Of a stretch of DNA of 53,815 nucleotides, positions 9,350 to 18,591 are shown piece after piece. Source of the stretch: a bacterium (GTDB taxonomy: Bacteria; CLD3; SB21); the NCBI GenBank assembly GCA_013360215.1, contig JABWCP010000002.1, forward strand, positions 124,001 through 177,815, given 5' to 3'. The notes below the pieces were generated by a model that was not told the DNA's origin, did not search any database, and worked only from the letters and a program-made list of their open reading frames with translations. A program made the translations under genes and the position numbers. Positions within the stretch are counted from its first letter, which is position 1. Each line of letters begins with the position of its first letter.

Positions 9350-11499
9350 TATTTTTCTTTAACAGTTTCCTCAGAAGATGCATTATTCTGCTCCTCACGG
9401 GCACTTGTAATTGTGATATTAGTCGCACTTACCGCTTCTTTACCGGAGTTTAGATCTTTAACACGAACTTCTAGAGCAGCAACTCCGGTCGGCAGATCCG
9501 CTATATCAAAAGCTATATATTCTTTTTCATTCACGGACTTACCTTCTTTGACGGTAACAGAAGACGTCGATGCTTCTTTCTTCCCGGTAAAAACACCGGC
9601 TACGGAGCTCAAAAAACTTTGATTGCTCTCAAGCATTTTAATGGAGTAGGATACCTGATACGATGTCCTATTATCTGCGTTCTTGGCTAAATTATAGATT
9701 TCATAATAAATGGTTAATGGCTTAGTATTAACTAATCCGGCAGCCGGGTTGGGCACAACTTTAAGATTCGACTGAGGTTTAAGGTATTTATCTTTCGTTA
9801 AAGTTTGGTCAACATATTGAGCGATTTCTATATCGCTTACCAATAACGAGTCCGAATTATAATCCCGAACATTAAGAACGAATTGATATATTCCGACGCG
9901 ATCTTTTTCATTATTTCTCATTTCAACGGCTGCAATATATTTCCCCGGAGTGATATCCGCATCAAACTGATCTAAGAAAAAGTGCGATGTTGTTTCTTTT
10001 CCAAATGCCGATATGTCAAAATCTCTCTCAACCGATTTCACTTCATTATATTTCAAATCATATAATTTCATATGAAGCTTAATTGATGTATTAAACTTGT
10101 CCACTTGCGTAATGCTCGGCGCAAAATTAAGTACTTTAAACGGAACTGTATAATAAAACTCCAATCTTGAATCTTTTTTATTAATACTCCGGAACGACGC
10201 AAAATTGCAATTCATGGGCAGATGCGGTGCACCGACATCAAATATGAAATTTTGCTTTTTAGAGTATTCTATATTGGCAAGATAGTCTTGAGCAAAATTA
10301 TTTGTCATTAAAAAATTAGAAGCAAAATTTGTACGCTCGAGTCGTTCATAAGCGGTCGGATCGCCTTTAGACAATGTTACAGTCGAATTAAAAGCCTCTT
10401 CAGCTCTTCCTTTTACAACATCAAGCTGAGTTTTGATCCTGTCAGCCATACGTTGATAATATGGATTAATAAGTGCACGTTCGTTAAAAATATCATATAA
10501 AGTACTCCCGCGATTACTGATGTCAACCGCGTCAAAAAGCGAGCCAAGCTCATAATAACCCGATTTTTCTATAAAATCGAAGTACAAGCCAGACTTTATA
10601 TGATCATACGTCCATGATTCGTTATCTCTTACTTCATCTGTAATTCGCCCAATATATCTCTGACCAGGTTTTCCTAACCTCAAATAAACCATGCCTCGGT
10701 CATCATACCATGGTTCAGCAGATTTGGAAAAATTTGAACGAACAAACGATAATCGTTTGTAATGCTCTATTAATCTTTCATTTACTGCATCCAAAGGATT
10801 GGGGTCACGTTTTTTCCAAAATATATTGATAAAAGCCAACCGTTCTTCGTATGACTTTAAGGAATCGTCCCATTGTTTAATTTCTTTTTCAGTTGCTATA
10901 TCACGACAGTCTGAAAATAGGCGATCGATGTTTTTAGTATCACGTATTTCATTCAACCCCCCATAAAAAGCTTCGCTAGCCTCAGTAGAACGATTAAGAT
11001 CAATAAATACCATGGATAATTCAATTAATGGCCAAGTATCATTTAGATCTATAAGTGTACCTTGCTTAAACGCATCTATTGCCAAATCATACTCACCTTT
11101 TTCACGATAAATATATCCGAGTTGTATCCAAACGTTAGGAAATCCAAACGAAGAATACCGATCATTTTTTTTGATTACATTTCTAATGTCAGTTTCTGCC
11201 CCATCGAAGGCTCCATCAAGTCGCAATACTACACCTTTTACAAACCACAGTTCAATATCATTTGGATTGAGAACCACTGCACGTTCGATCATTTTACGAG
11301 CGCGCTTTATTTTATCACCAAAAATTTTAGATAACGCTTTAGCAGCAGTTGGCAATCTTTCAAAAGCTCGTATATTTTCAACTGCTTGATTTTTCAAAAT
11401 CTCAACCGAGTCTATTTCCGACTGTGCAGTTAGGTTTTTACCTACAAAGAAGTTTACTATAAAAAACGTCCCAACTAAAATAAAGATTTGTTTTTTCAT
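9349..11499 (-). CDS. TPR + GWxTD-domain exported protein
   Basis: Signal peptide and TPRs. FWKKRDPNP...NERLIEHYKR...PWYDDRGMVYLRLGKP is the GWxTD signature in variant form. C-terminal Ig-like beta domains (VSDIE, VVPNP, IYYEIYNL). Confidence 0.8.
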   Translation of the reverse strand: MKKQIFILVGTFFIVNFFVGKNLTAQSEIDSVEILKNQAVENIRAFERLPTAAKALSKIFGDKIKRARKMIERAVVLNPNDIELWFVKGVVLRLDGAFDGAETDIRNVIKKNDRYSSFGFPNVWIQLGYIYREKGEYDLAIDAFKQGTLIDLNDTWPLIELSMVFIDLNRSTEASEAFYGGLNEIRDTKNIDRLFSDCRDIATEKEIKQWDDSLKSYEERLAFINIFWKKRDPNPLDAVNERLIEHYKRLSFVRSNFSKSAEPWYDDRGMVYLRLGKPGQRYIGRITDEVRDNESWTYDHIKSGLYFDFIEKSGYYELGSLFDAVDISNRGSTLYDIFNERALINPYYQRMADRIKTQLDVVKGRAEEAFNSTVTLSKGDPTAYERLERTNFASNFLMTNNFAQDYLANIEYSKKQNFIFDVGAPHLPMNCNFASFRSINKKDSRLEFYYTVPFKVLNFAPSITQVDKFNTSIKLHMKLYDLKYNEVKSVERDFDISAFGKETTSHFFLDQFDADITPGKYIAAVEMRNNEKDRVGIYQFVLNVRDYNSDSLLVSDIEIAQYVDQTLTKDKYLKPQSNLKVVPNPAAGLVNTKPLTIYYEIYNLAKNADNRTSYQVSYSIKMLESNQSFLSSVAGVFTGKKEASTSSVTVKEGKSVNEKEYIAFDIADLPTGVAALEVRVKDLNSGKEAVSATNITITSAREEQNNASSEETVKEK

Positions 11500-11591
11500 G
11501 TTTTGTCTTTCTTTAATTTTTCATTCAAGAATCTAAATATAAGCTTTCATTTTTTTAATTCAAATAAATCAAATTTTTAAAGTTCATTATT

Positions 11592-11720
11592 ATTGACGTC
11601 AATTATTTGACACCTCCAAAATTACTACATTTCACAATTTAAAATACAAACACATAAGCGCTTAATTGTTAATGTTTTATAAAAAAACAACTAAACTGAA
11701 ATATTGGCATTATTTATGCT
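11592..11720 (+). promoter_or_regulatory. putative sigma54 (-24/-12) promoter with upstream palindromic activator site(s)
   Basis: TTGGCATTATTTATGCT at 11704-11720 (GG-N10-GC). GTCAA-N4-TTGAC at 11598-11611 overlaps ATTGACGTCAAT at 11592-11603. Confidence 0.5.
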
Positions 11721-11764
11721 TCTAAATAAGAGGTTCTCAAAGACAAATCAATACTAATAAAATT

Positions 11765-12259
11765 TTGAAAACAGACAAAGCACAAAAGCCCAATTTACAG
11801 CAACTCACATCTACACATCAAGAGATTGATCTGATTTCGAATTCAAAAAAGCCAACTGTTTTATTAGTAGAAGATGATGACATTGCCGGCTCGACTATAG
11901 CTATGATGGTTGAGACATTACATTGTAGTGTGATACGCGTTGAAAATGGGCTTGATGCGTTAAGTATTGTCGGCTCCATGAAGATAGATTTAGTTATCAC
12001 TGATTTGTGTTTACCTGTCATGTCGGGAACAGAAATTATTGAGCACATCAGAAAAATAAATAAAACCGTGCCTATTTTCATTGTTACGGGTTATTTGCAT
12101 ACGGCTACCGAAACAGAAATGATCTCAGATTCCGATAAAAAAAGTTGTGGTGTCATCGAAATACTTATGAAACCCATCCGTATGAAAAATCTCTTAGATA
12201 AAATCAAAGAACATACGCTAATTGAAAGTGCTCCTAAAGCCGCTTTAATGAAAATCTAA
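11765..12259 (+). CDS. stand-alone response regulator receiver protein
   Basis: LLVEDDD, DLVITDLCLPVMSG (phospho-Asp), IVTG and MKP motifs. No output domain. TTG start is uncertain. Confidence 0.85.
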   Translation: MKTDKAQKPNLQQLTSTHQEIDLISNSKKPTVLLVEDDDIAGSTIAMMVETLHCSVIRVENGLDALSIVGSMKIDLVITDLCLPVMSGTEIIEHIRKINKTVPIFIVTGYLHTATETEMISDSDKKSCGVIEILMKPIRMKNLLDKIKEHTLIESAPKAALMKI

Positions 12260-12297
12260 TTTGCCCGCTTTATCTCCTTTCTTGATAATGAGAACCG

Positions 12298-12332
12298 ATA
12301 GGGTTGAATGTACCATTCAACCCTATTTTTTT
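12298..12332 (+). terminator. intrinsic terminator after receiver gene (motif copy 1)
   Basis: ATAGGGTTGAATG-TAC-CATTCAACCCTAT followed by a T run. Confidence 0.85.
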
Positions 12333-12344
12333 ATCATAAAACTC

Positions 12345-12465
12345 TTGCATTGGCGAAATAATTTTATATTATATGAGTTATAAGGAATATGTATTAAAGC
12401 CTCACGCACTTCCCTCCTTATAGTGAGAACCGATAGGACTAAGTCGCCAGACTTAGTCCTAGTTT
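12345..12465 (+). ncRNA. candidate small RNA with its own promoter (motif copy 2)
   Basis: TTGCAT-N16-TATTAT promoter-like sequence, ~85 nt with no credible ORF, CTCCTT and TGAGAACCGATAGG shared with copy 1, then hairpin TAGGACTAAGTC-GCCA-GACTTAGTCCTA. Confidence 0.45.
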
Positions 12466-12466
12466 A

Positions 12467-13102
12467 TTATCTAGCCTTTTTAGCGGCTTTCTTTCTCAAT
12501 TGTTTACCATGTTCAGAGTTGATTTTTGTATTTACATCTATATAACCAGGATATTCAATATTTAATCCCGCTACGTTAATTGTCGGCTTAACTTTTACAG
12601 TTATGCGCGTAGGCTTGTCACCTTCTCCGGCCAAATTAAATGCCAACTTTACTAAACTTTCGGCCGATTCGTTACTAAATGATTTCTTTAAGTCCATTTC
12701 AATATTAAGCGGTACCGTCGCATCTGAATCCGGTAAAATTTCTACCATCTGATCCAAGGCACCCCTCACTATTTCGTTGTTATCTATAAGAACAATCCAT
12801 TCAAGTCGATTCATTCCAGCCGGTTTTTCATTAGGATTTTCGACCGACAAGTTAAGAGTAAATGTTAAAGGTAACGTTTTTTTGGTTAGTGCATCAGTTA
12901 ATTGTGCAGCTTTTTTTAAACTCAAATCCTTAACTGACTTTACATTTTGTATTTTAATATCAGACAGTTGCATGTGTTCGATATTTTGAACGGAAAAATC
13001 ACATTTGGCAAACGTTTTTGCCATATCAATTTGTTTGGCCACACTACAAGAAGACAGCCAAACAGTAAATATACTGAGGCCAATTAAACCTAATTTTTTC
13101 AT
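12467..13102 (-). CDS. LEA_2/WHy-domain lipoprotein
   Basis: ATG at 13102 with GGAG RBS. Lipobox LSSC. LNLSVENPN...GMNRLEW...VPLNI pattern of LEA type 2 domains. Confidence 0.75.
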   Translation of the reverse strand: MKKLGLIGLSIFTVWLSSCSVAKQIDMAKTFAKCDFSVQNIEHMQLSDIKIQNVKSVKDLSLKKAAQLTDALTKKTLPLTFTLNLSVENPNEKPAGMNRLEWIVLIDNNEIVRGALDQMVEILPDSDATVPLNIEMDLKKSFSNESAESLVKLAFNLAGEGDKPTRITVKVKPTINVAGLNIEYPGYIDVNTKINSEHGKQLRKKAAKKAR

Positions 13103-13118
13103 ATAATTAACTCCGTAT

Positions 13119-16100
13119 TTATTTGATCCTCTTTTTGACAATTTCAGAATATTCGCCATCTGGACTACGTCTCAGGTATTCCATGAATTGCGTTTTGGCT
13201 TGTGTGATTTGATTGGTCTTTAGCAATGCCATACCAAAATAGTAGTTATTTATGGCGGCTTCCTCGTCAGTGAAAGTTGATTGGATAAAGCATACCTTGT
13301 CCAAAATACGGATTGCAGCATGATTATCTTGTTTTAGAAACGCAATGATCCCTTGCATACCCGTATAAAGAAAATTGACCGAATCTACCTGTAAAGCCTC
13401 TAAAATATAGGATTCTGCTTTGGTATAGTCGTTCATTTTGATCGCTAATATGTATGCCATGCGATATTTGGCATACGCAAAGTTTGGCCGTATATCAATC
13501 GCTTTACGATAATAATTCATAGAAATTTCATATAGACCCAATTCCTCACAATCCTGACCTATCTCGGCATATATCCGGGCTTTGTCAGGCATCATTGCCG
13601 CTACTTTTTCAAACTCTGCCGTGGCCTGCGTTAATTTACCCCAAACAGCATATAAAACACCCAAATGCCTATATGCAAAATCGCTGTACATATCATATTC
13701 AATAGTAGCTAAAAATTCAGATTCGGCTTTTTTCATTAATGATTCGGCGGAATCAGGATAGATTTTACGAACTTGAACAGCCATTTTGAGATGAATCCAC
13801 CCCATAGTATCGAAATAATATGGGTTCCTCTGTGATAATTCTATCGATTTCTGCGAATATTTTTCAGCCGCATCAAGCTTTATTCCACTTACCGCATACC
13901 GCCAAGCTATATTGTTATAAGCGCCATTTTCCTCAGGATATTTCCTGATATTTTCAAACATAAGTGAATCGCCGCGCTTGAAATCATCCGCCGCCGTATA
14001 TATATCCGCATAAATTTGGTCAAGATTCGGAAGCGAAGAATTGGCTTGCTTTACTACATCAAGCGCATCAATGGCTTTTTTTATACGATCGGCCTTTTCT
14101 TGTGCCGTCAAGAAGTTTACATTAATTTCTGTCTGATAAAGACCTGCTACGCTTAGATAGTTTCCTATATTTTCAGGTTCATATCGTAAAGCAAAATTCA
14201 ATTGTTCATGAGCTTTTTCAAAATCACCCGTTTCAGCCAATATACTGGCATAAAACGTTCGAGGTTGACTTATAAGTGGATTGATACGAATGGCCTGCTT
14301 GAGCTCATTCATAGCCTCGTCATATTTTTTTTGCGAAAACAAAGCGCTGGCTGAATATAGGTAATTTGTGATATTGGATTCATCAATCTGTTTGGCGCGC
14401 CGCGTTATTTGCAAAACCTTATCATAATCATATTGGGACAACAATAACCCAGCGCGTCTTAAAATCAAGTCAATACTATTAGGCCGCATCTGAAGAAGCG
14501 TATCCATAATGACCGATGCTTTGTCAAACTCATCCTTCTGAAGATGCAAAAGCATCATTCCTTCCATCGCGCCTTCATAGTTGGGCTTTAGACGCAAGGA
14601 TTCGCGATAAAGTTGTATTGCTTTATCAAAATTTCGAACTCCGGAAGCTTTATCACCTTCCCATTTTTTTTCAACGGCCTGATACGAATTAAGCGGCTCC
14701 TCAGTCACAACTACCGGCGTTTCCAGGGGTAAGACGATCGCGCATTCATTGCCGGACTGTTGCCACTCTCTTAAAAAATCATCGTACGGAATGGCGTGAT
14801 TATTAGCTACCGTAGGATCATGCATAATGATCTGATGCTTTGTTTCATCATATCCGATAACAACGACAACATGTCCAAAACCAAAAGGACTTAAAAATAC
14901 TAATACGGGTATTCCCTGATCAATGCGCCGCTTGAGGTCATCTAAAGTACCGACATAACCAAATGATTTATATTTTCCTAAGCTTCTGGGATAATGAATG
15001 ATATCATTAGACTGTGCTCCCGCATAGTCACTTTTGATTTTTTCATAGATCTCGTCTTGGTCAATGGATTGTTTATAATACGACAAAACCATCGAAAGAG
15101 ATGCGGCAGCGCATTGTGGACCGTGCTGTCGGACGTAGGGTATATTTTCAAGTACAACTTTTTTTGGTTTTTCGAGGTTTTCAATCGTCGTATGAATTAA
15201 ATCAACAGCATATGAAGCGTCTTGCTGAGTCAATTTAGCCGTTGCGTCACGAAATTCTTTGGTCACAAAGACATTTTTAAGTTTGCGAATCAGGCGTTTT
15301 TGTATGTCAAATTCGAACTCCGATTCACCTTTATTTTGAATCGTAACATATCCTGTTTCACCATACCGAGCCGCATCATAACTTCCAAGAACACCGTAAT
15401 ACTTTTTCCCGTAAGCAATCTGACTGTTGATGTCATCCAATTCGGTAACGGCATCAAGATTGCCGAGCTTAAAGATATTCTGACCGGAACGCCATATTTC
15501 ACCTTCCGAAATCACACGGCGTGTAAAATTACCGTGTAAATCCTCCATAACGGCTATGACTAATCTCGATAAACCCACAGGATCTTCTTCCATCAATCCA
15601 TATATATTTGTCACTCCGTAGATATCGGAAATTCTGAGATAAAACCTTTGCCCCTGAATTGCTTTTTCTTTTGCCGCAATCGCATAACCATTGATTTCAA
15701 GAATATCTAATGCAAATTCAGCGACACCATAAGGGGTAATGTCTAGTACTTGCTCTTGGAACGTGATAATTATTTCACGAGATAGATCACCATTGGCATC
15801 CGCACCTAATAATGCATCATTTTTGGATTTTATTTTTAATCGGTAAGTATTGGTTTGTCCGATACGTAAGGAGTCGTCAAAGTAAAAACGCGAGGGACCG
15901 ATGGACTGAGAAAATTGACCTATACCGGCTTGCTGTAGATCGTTTTCGTCCGGTACAAAATATTCAGGTACTCGACGCGACAAAGTTTCATAGATTGAAA
16001 CAGCATTTTCATAATCGGATTTATCGGCATACACTTTTGAAAGATAATACAGCGCATCCCCGTCCGCCGTGTCTATCCGCAAACACTGCAGAAATTGTTG

Positions 16101-17531
16101 AATACTTTTATCGTGCCAATCCAACCGTGAGTAAACCAAAGCCAGATTATAATGAAAATTCTTTTTTAATTTATCGGTATATGCTAGCTGCAATCCGCGA
16201 AGTAATGTTGGCTCCGCCGCTTTATATTGCCCGTTCCGATATTGGATCAATCCTAATTGTAGATATGCTTCCGGATACAATGAATCGGCAGCAATCGCTA
16301 AACGGAGATAATATGATGTACTGTCAAAGCCGCTTGTGTGTGCTAAGGCTTTTTCGAAATAGAAATATGCTTGTTGGCTGATCTTGCCTTCATTGATACG
16401 TCGAATGGTCTCAAGAGAACTTTTTACTGAGGGTTGGTCAGATTTTATAGAAAGCGATTTTTCGTAATAAGCCTGTGCCTCTTTCAACTGGTTTTTTTTG
16501 AACAAAAGGAAACCCATATTTGCAAAATCATCCGAATCCGCCATGTTATTTTTGGTCAGCCACTCATAATTAGTAAACGCTTCGTCATACTCTTCCATAA
16601 CATACAAAAGCCGAGCCGCTAAGTGGCGTGATAAGAAGAAATCCGGTTCAATTTCCAATGATTTTGTTAGCGATTGTTTTGCTAAACCATAGCCTTCCTG
16701 ACGGTCCATATGTCCGTTTTGTACCGATTCGAACGCAATCATGGCTTTCAGAAACAAATTGAGTGCTTCTTCTTTGAATGTGCCAGAAATAATAAGTCTT
16801 ACAGCCTGAGCCAAGTGCGGAGGATATTTGTCATTGATCCCCTCGCGAATGACTTGTTCTAGATTTGGCAAAGCATCATTCCACAAACCAACATGAAGTT
16901 GACACAAGGCATATTCATATCGCATATCGGTCGTAACAAGCAGCTTTTCGCGCAACATCCGATCATAAATCGGGATCGCCATCGCAAAATCACCCTGATC
17001 GTAATAATATTGCGCTAGGGAACTCCAAGCATAAGCATTGGCTGAATCCATTTTGGTAAGACGCAAAAGGTCACTTTCTATACCCGGTTTATTTAGTGCG
17101 CGTGCCGCATCAGCCAAAAAAGATAGGCCTTGTGCATCCGAAGGATAGTTCTCATTGTAGTACTTTGCTAATTCATAACTTTCTTCAAAGCGATTAAGAT
17201 TGTACAAAGTACGCGCATACGGAAGCGCAACGCGACCCGGTTCACTACGCAACGCTAGTGCTTTTTCGAAATACAATGCCGCTTTTCGATAACTTCCCTG
17301 CTTTTCATACAAAGAAGCAATAGTCACGTAGGCTTCATAAAAAGCCGCATCTTCACGAATCGCGTTTTTATAATTTTCCAGAGCGGCATGTATCGCATCA
17401 GGATTTTTCTTTTCTAATTTCAAGCCTTCAAGATAATATTGCCGTGCTTTGTCGTTTTGTGTGGAAAGCTGAACCTGAGAGCAGCTCCAAATAACGATAA
17501 GTGATAAAAAAGGAATTCTGATTAATTTCAT
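13119..17531 (-). CDS. giant TPR lipoprotein with C39-like cysteine peptidase domain
   Basis: N-terminal IWSC lipobox-like motif and many TPRs on both sides. IPYVRQHGPQCAAASLSMVLSYY...GHVVVVIGYD...HDP gives Cys807/His887/Asp905. Confidence 0.85.
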   Translation of the reverse strand: MKLIRIPFLSLIVIWSCSQVQLSTQNDKARQYYLEGLKLEKKNPDAIHAALENYKNAIREDAAFYEAYVTIASLYEKQGSYRKAALYFEKALALRSEPGRVALPYARTLYNLNRFEESYELAKYYNENYPSDAQGLSFLADAARALNKPGIESDLLRLTKMDSANAYAWSSLAQYYYDQGDFAMAIPIYDRMLREKLLVTTDMRYEYALCQLHVGLWNDALPNLEQVIREGINDKYPPHLAQAVRLIISGTFKEEALNLFLKAMIAFESVQNGHMDRQEGYGLAKQSLTKSLEIEPDFFLSRHLAARLLYVMEEYDEAFTNYEWLTKNNMADSDDFANMGFLLFKKNQLKEAQAYYEKSLSIKSDQPSVKSSLETIRRINEGKISQQAYFYFEKALAHTSGFDSTSYYLRLAIAADSLYPEAYLQLGLIQYRNGQYKAAEPTLLRGLQLAYTDKLKKNFHYNLALVYSRLDWHDKSIQQFLQCLRIDTADGDALYYLSKVYADKSDYENAVSIYETLSRRVPEYFVPDENDLQQAGIGQFSQSIGPSRFYFDDSLRIGQTNTYRLKIKSKNDALLGADANGDLSREIIITFQEQVLDITPYGVAEFALDILEINGYAIAAKEKAIQGQRFYLRISDIYGVTNIYGLMEEDPVGLSRLVIAVMEDLHGNFTRRVISEGEIWRSGQNIFKLGNLDAVTELDDINSQIAYGKKYYGVLGSYDAARYGETGYVTIQNKGESEFEFDIQKRLIRKLKNVFVTKEFRDATAKLTQQDASYAVDLIHTTIENLEKPKKVVLENIPYVRQHGPQCAAASLSMVLSYYKQSIDQDEIYEKIKSDYAGAQSNDIIHYPRSLGKYKSFGYVGTLDDLKRRIDQGIPVLVFLSPFGFGHVVVVIGYDETKHQIIMHDPTVANNHAIPYDDFLREWQQSGNECAIVLPLETPVVVTEEPLNSYQAVEKKWEGDKASGVRNFDKAIQLYRESLRLKPNYEGAMEGMMLLHLQKDEFDKASVIMDTLLQMRPNSIDLILRRAGLLLSQYDYDKVLQITRRAKQIDESNITNYLYSASALFSQKKYDEAMNELKQAIRINPLISQPRTFYASILAETGDFEKAHEQLNFALRYEPENIGNYLSVAGLYQTEINVNFLTAQEKADRIKKAIDALDVVKQANSSLPNLDQIYADIYTAADDFKRGDSLMFENIRKYPEENGAYNNIAWRYAVSGIKLDAAEKYSQKSIELSQRNPYYFDTMGWIHLKMAVQVRKIYPDSAESLMKKAESEFLATIEYDMYSDFAYRHLGVLYAVWGKLTQATAEFEKVAAMMPDKARIYAEIGQDCEELGLYEISMNYYRKAIDIRPNFAYAKYRMAYILAIKMNDYTKAESYILEALQVDSVNFLYTGMQGIIAFLKQDNHAAIRILDKVCFIQSTFTDEEAAINNYYFGMALLKTNQITQAKTQFMEYLRRSPDGEYSEIVKKRIK

Positions 17532-17600
17532 GCGTATGGCCGATAGTTAGGTAAGAAATTATTCCGCACTTCGATATTAGTTACCGAAATGTAAAAATTC

Positions 17601-17620
17601 AAATAGAATCGTGTCTATTT
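17601..17620 (-). terminator. possible weak hairpin terminator
   Basis: AAATAGA-N6-TCTATTT right after the stop of the 17623-18027 gene. Confidence 0.3.
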
Positions 17621-17622
17621 TA

Positions 17623-18027
17623 TTATTGGATTTTGAAAAGTATAGACTGCTCGACGATAGTGTCACCAGCGTCAGATTCAATTTTTTGGAAATAAATTTG
17701 TTTTAACATGTTAGTAAGGCATTCGATAAAAGCTTGATTTTTGGTACCCGAAAAAACGGTTGTGATGTCGCCAATTGAACCGTCGGTCTTGATTACAAAG
17801 CGGAAACGGACTTTGAAGGAAGTTGCGGTTTTATTGTCAAAATTTTGACTATAACACAGACTATAGTAATTTATTTTTTGCTGAATTTTTTCGCTGATCT
17901 CGCTTTCCGAACGATTTTTACTGTACACGGCCGGAGCTAAACAAAACACCTGCAATCCCCCTGAATGGGCATAAGCATTAAATTCACAACAAAAACCAAA
18001 TATTAATATCAAAAATACTCGATACAT
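17623..18027 (-). CDS. exported TonB_C / AgmX-PglI C-terminal-like domain protein
   Basis: Signal peptide. CY...KVRFRFVIKTDGSI...CL...F...VEQSILF pattern typical of this domain. Confidence 0.55.
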   Translation of the reverse strand: MYRVFLILIFGFCCEFNAYAHSGGLQVFCLAPAVYSKNRSESEISEKIQQKINYYSLCYSQNFDNKTATSFKVRFRFVIKTDGSIGDITTVFSGTKNQAFIECLTNMLKQIYFQKIESDAGDTIVEQSILFKIQ

Positions 18028-18030
18028 AGA

Positions 18031-18591
18031 CTAAATATCTCTTTCATTAAAAACTATCGCCGTAAAGGACTTTATAACCGTTGTTTTTTCTCTCCATGCA
18101 TGTTTGCTTAGACCGGCTTTGTGGCATGTTTGTTCGATAAACGTTATACGATCCCATTGATATTCAGTTGCAACCTGAGGCAAAAGCAATCCGTGATAGA
18201 AACCGCTTTCGATCATAAGTCCGTGCGTTCCGACCATAATATCATTGATATTTTCAACACGAGAAAATGTTGATAAAACAGATATTTCTAACTCGATTTC
18301 ATTTAACTCGTCCGGTTGAAGCGGTCCAAAGCGATCATCATTTAAGGCCGCCGACCGCGCAGCCATAATTACTGTTTTATACAGCGGTTCCCTCGCTTCA
18401 ATATACCCAATGCACCCGCGTAAATGCCCGCGTTTCTCTATCGTTACAAATGCACCGGCTTTCTCTTTTAATGCCGGGAAAGTCGCGACTTCTTTTTCAT
18501 AATCTGGTACTTTTGTACGCTTTACGGCGGCATTTATCGTCGTGCGGGCTATATGAATGAGATTTTTTTTGGTTTCTTTATCGAGATTCAT
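18031..18591 (-). CDS. amrA: AmmeMemoRadiSam system protein A (AMMECR1 domain)
   Basis: GAFVT, LRGCIG, EISVLS, GLLLPQVA, KAGL. Confidence 0.9.
   Translation of the reverse strand: MNLDKETKKNLIHIARTTINAAVKRTKVPDYEKEVATFPALKEKAGAFVTIEKRGHLRGCIGYIEAREPLYKTVIMAARSAALNDDRFGPLQPDELNEIELEISVLSTFSRVENINDIMVGTHGLMIESGFYHGLLLPQVATEYQWDRITFIEQTCHKAGLSKHAWREKTTVIKSFTAIVFNERDI

Noticed and set aside
12361..12388. dif-like 11-6-11 arrangement (reverse complement ATTCCTTATAA-CTCATA-TAATATAAAAT)
   Set aside because: The XerD arm lacks the near-invariant TTATG. A chance match is likely in AT-rich DNA, and it overlaps a promoter-like -10.
12272..12465. Duplicated motif as a CRISPR mini-array, or as RBSs of minus-strand toxin peptides
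   Set aside because: Only two 14-nt identical units and no cas genes. The minus-strand AAGGAG sites have no suitably spaced start giving a credible ORF (one gives a 3-codon ORF).
15812..16381. 189-aa plus-strand ORF and the other small nested or antisense ORFs in the track
   Set aside because: They lie wholly inside strong genes and have no protein-like motifs.
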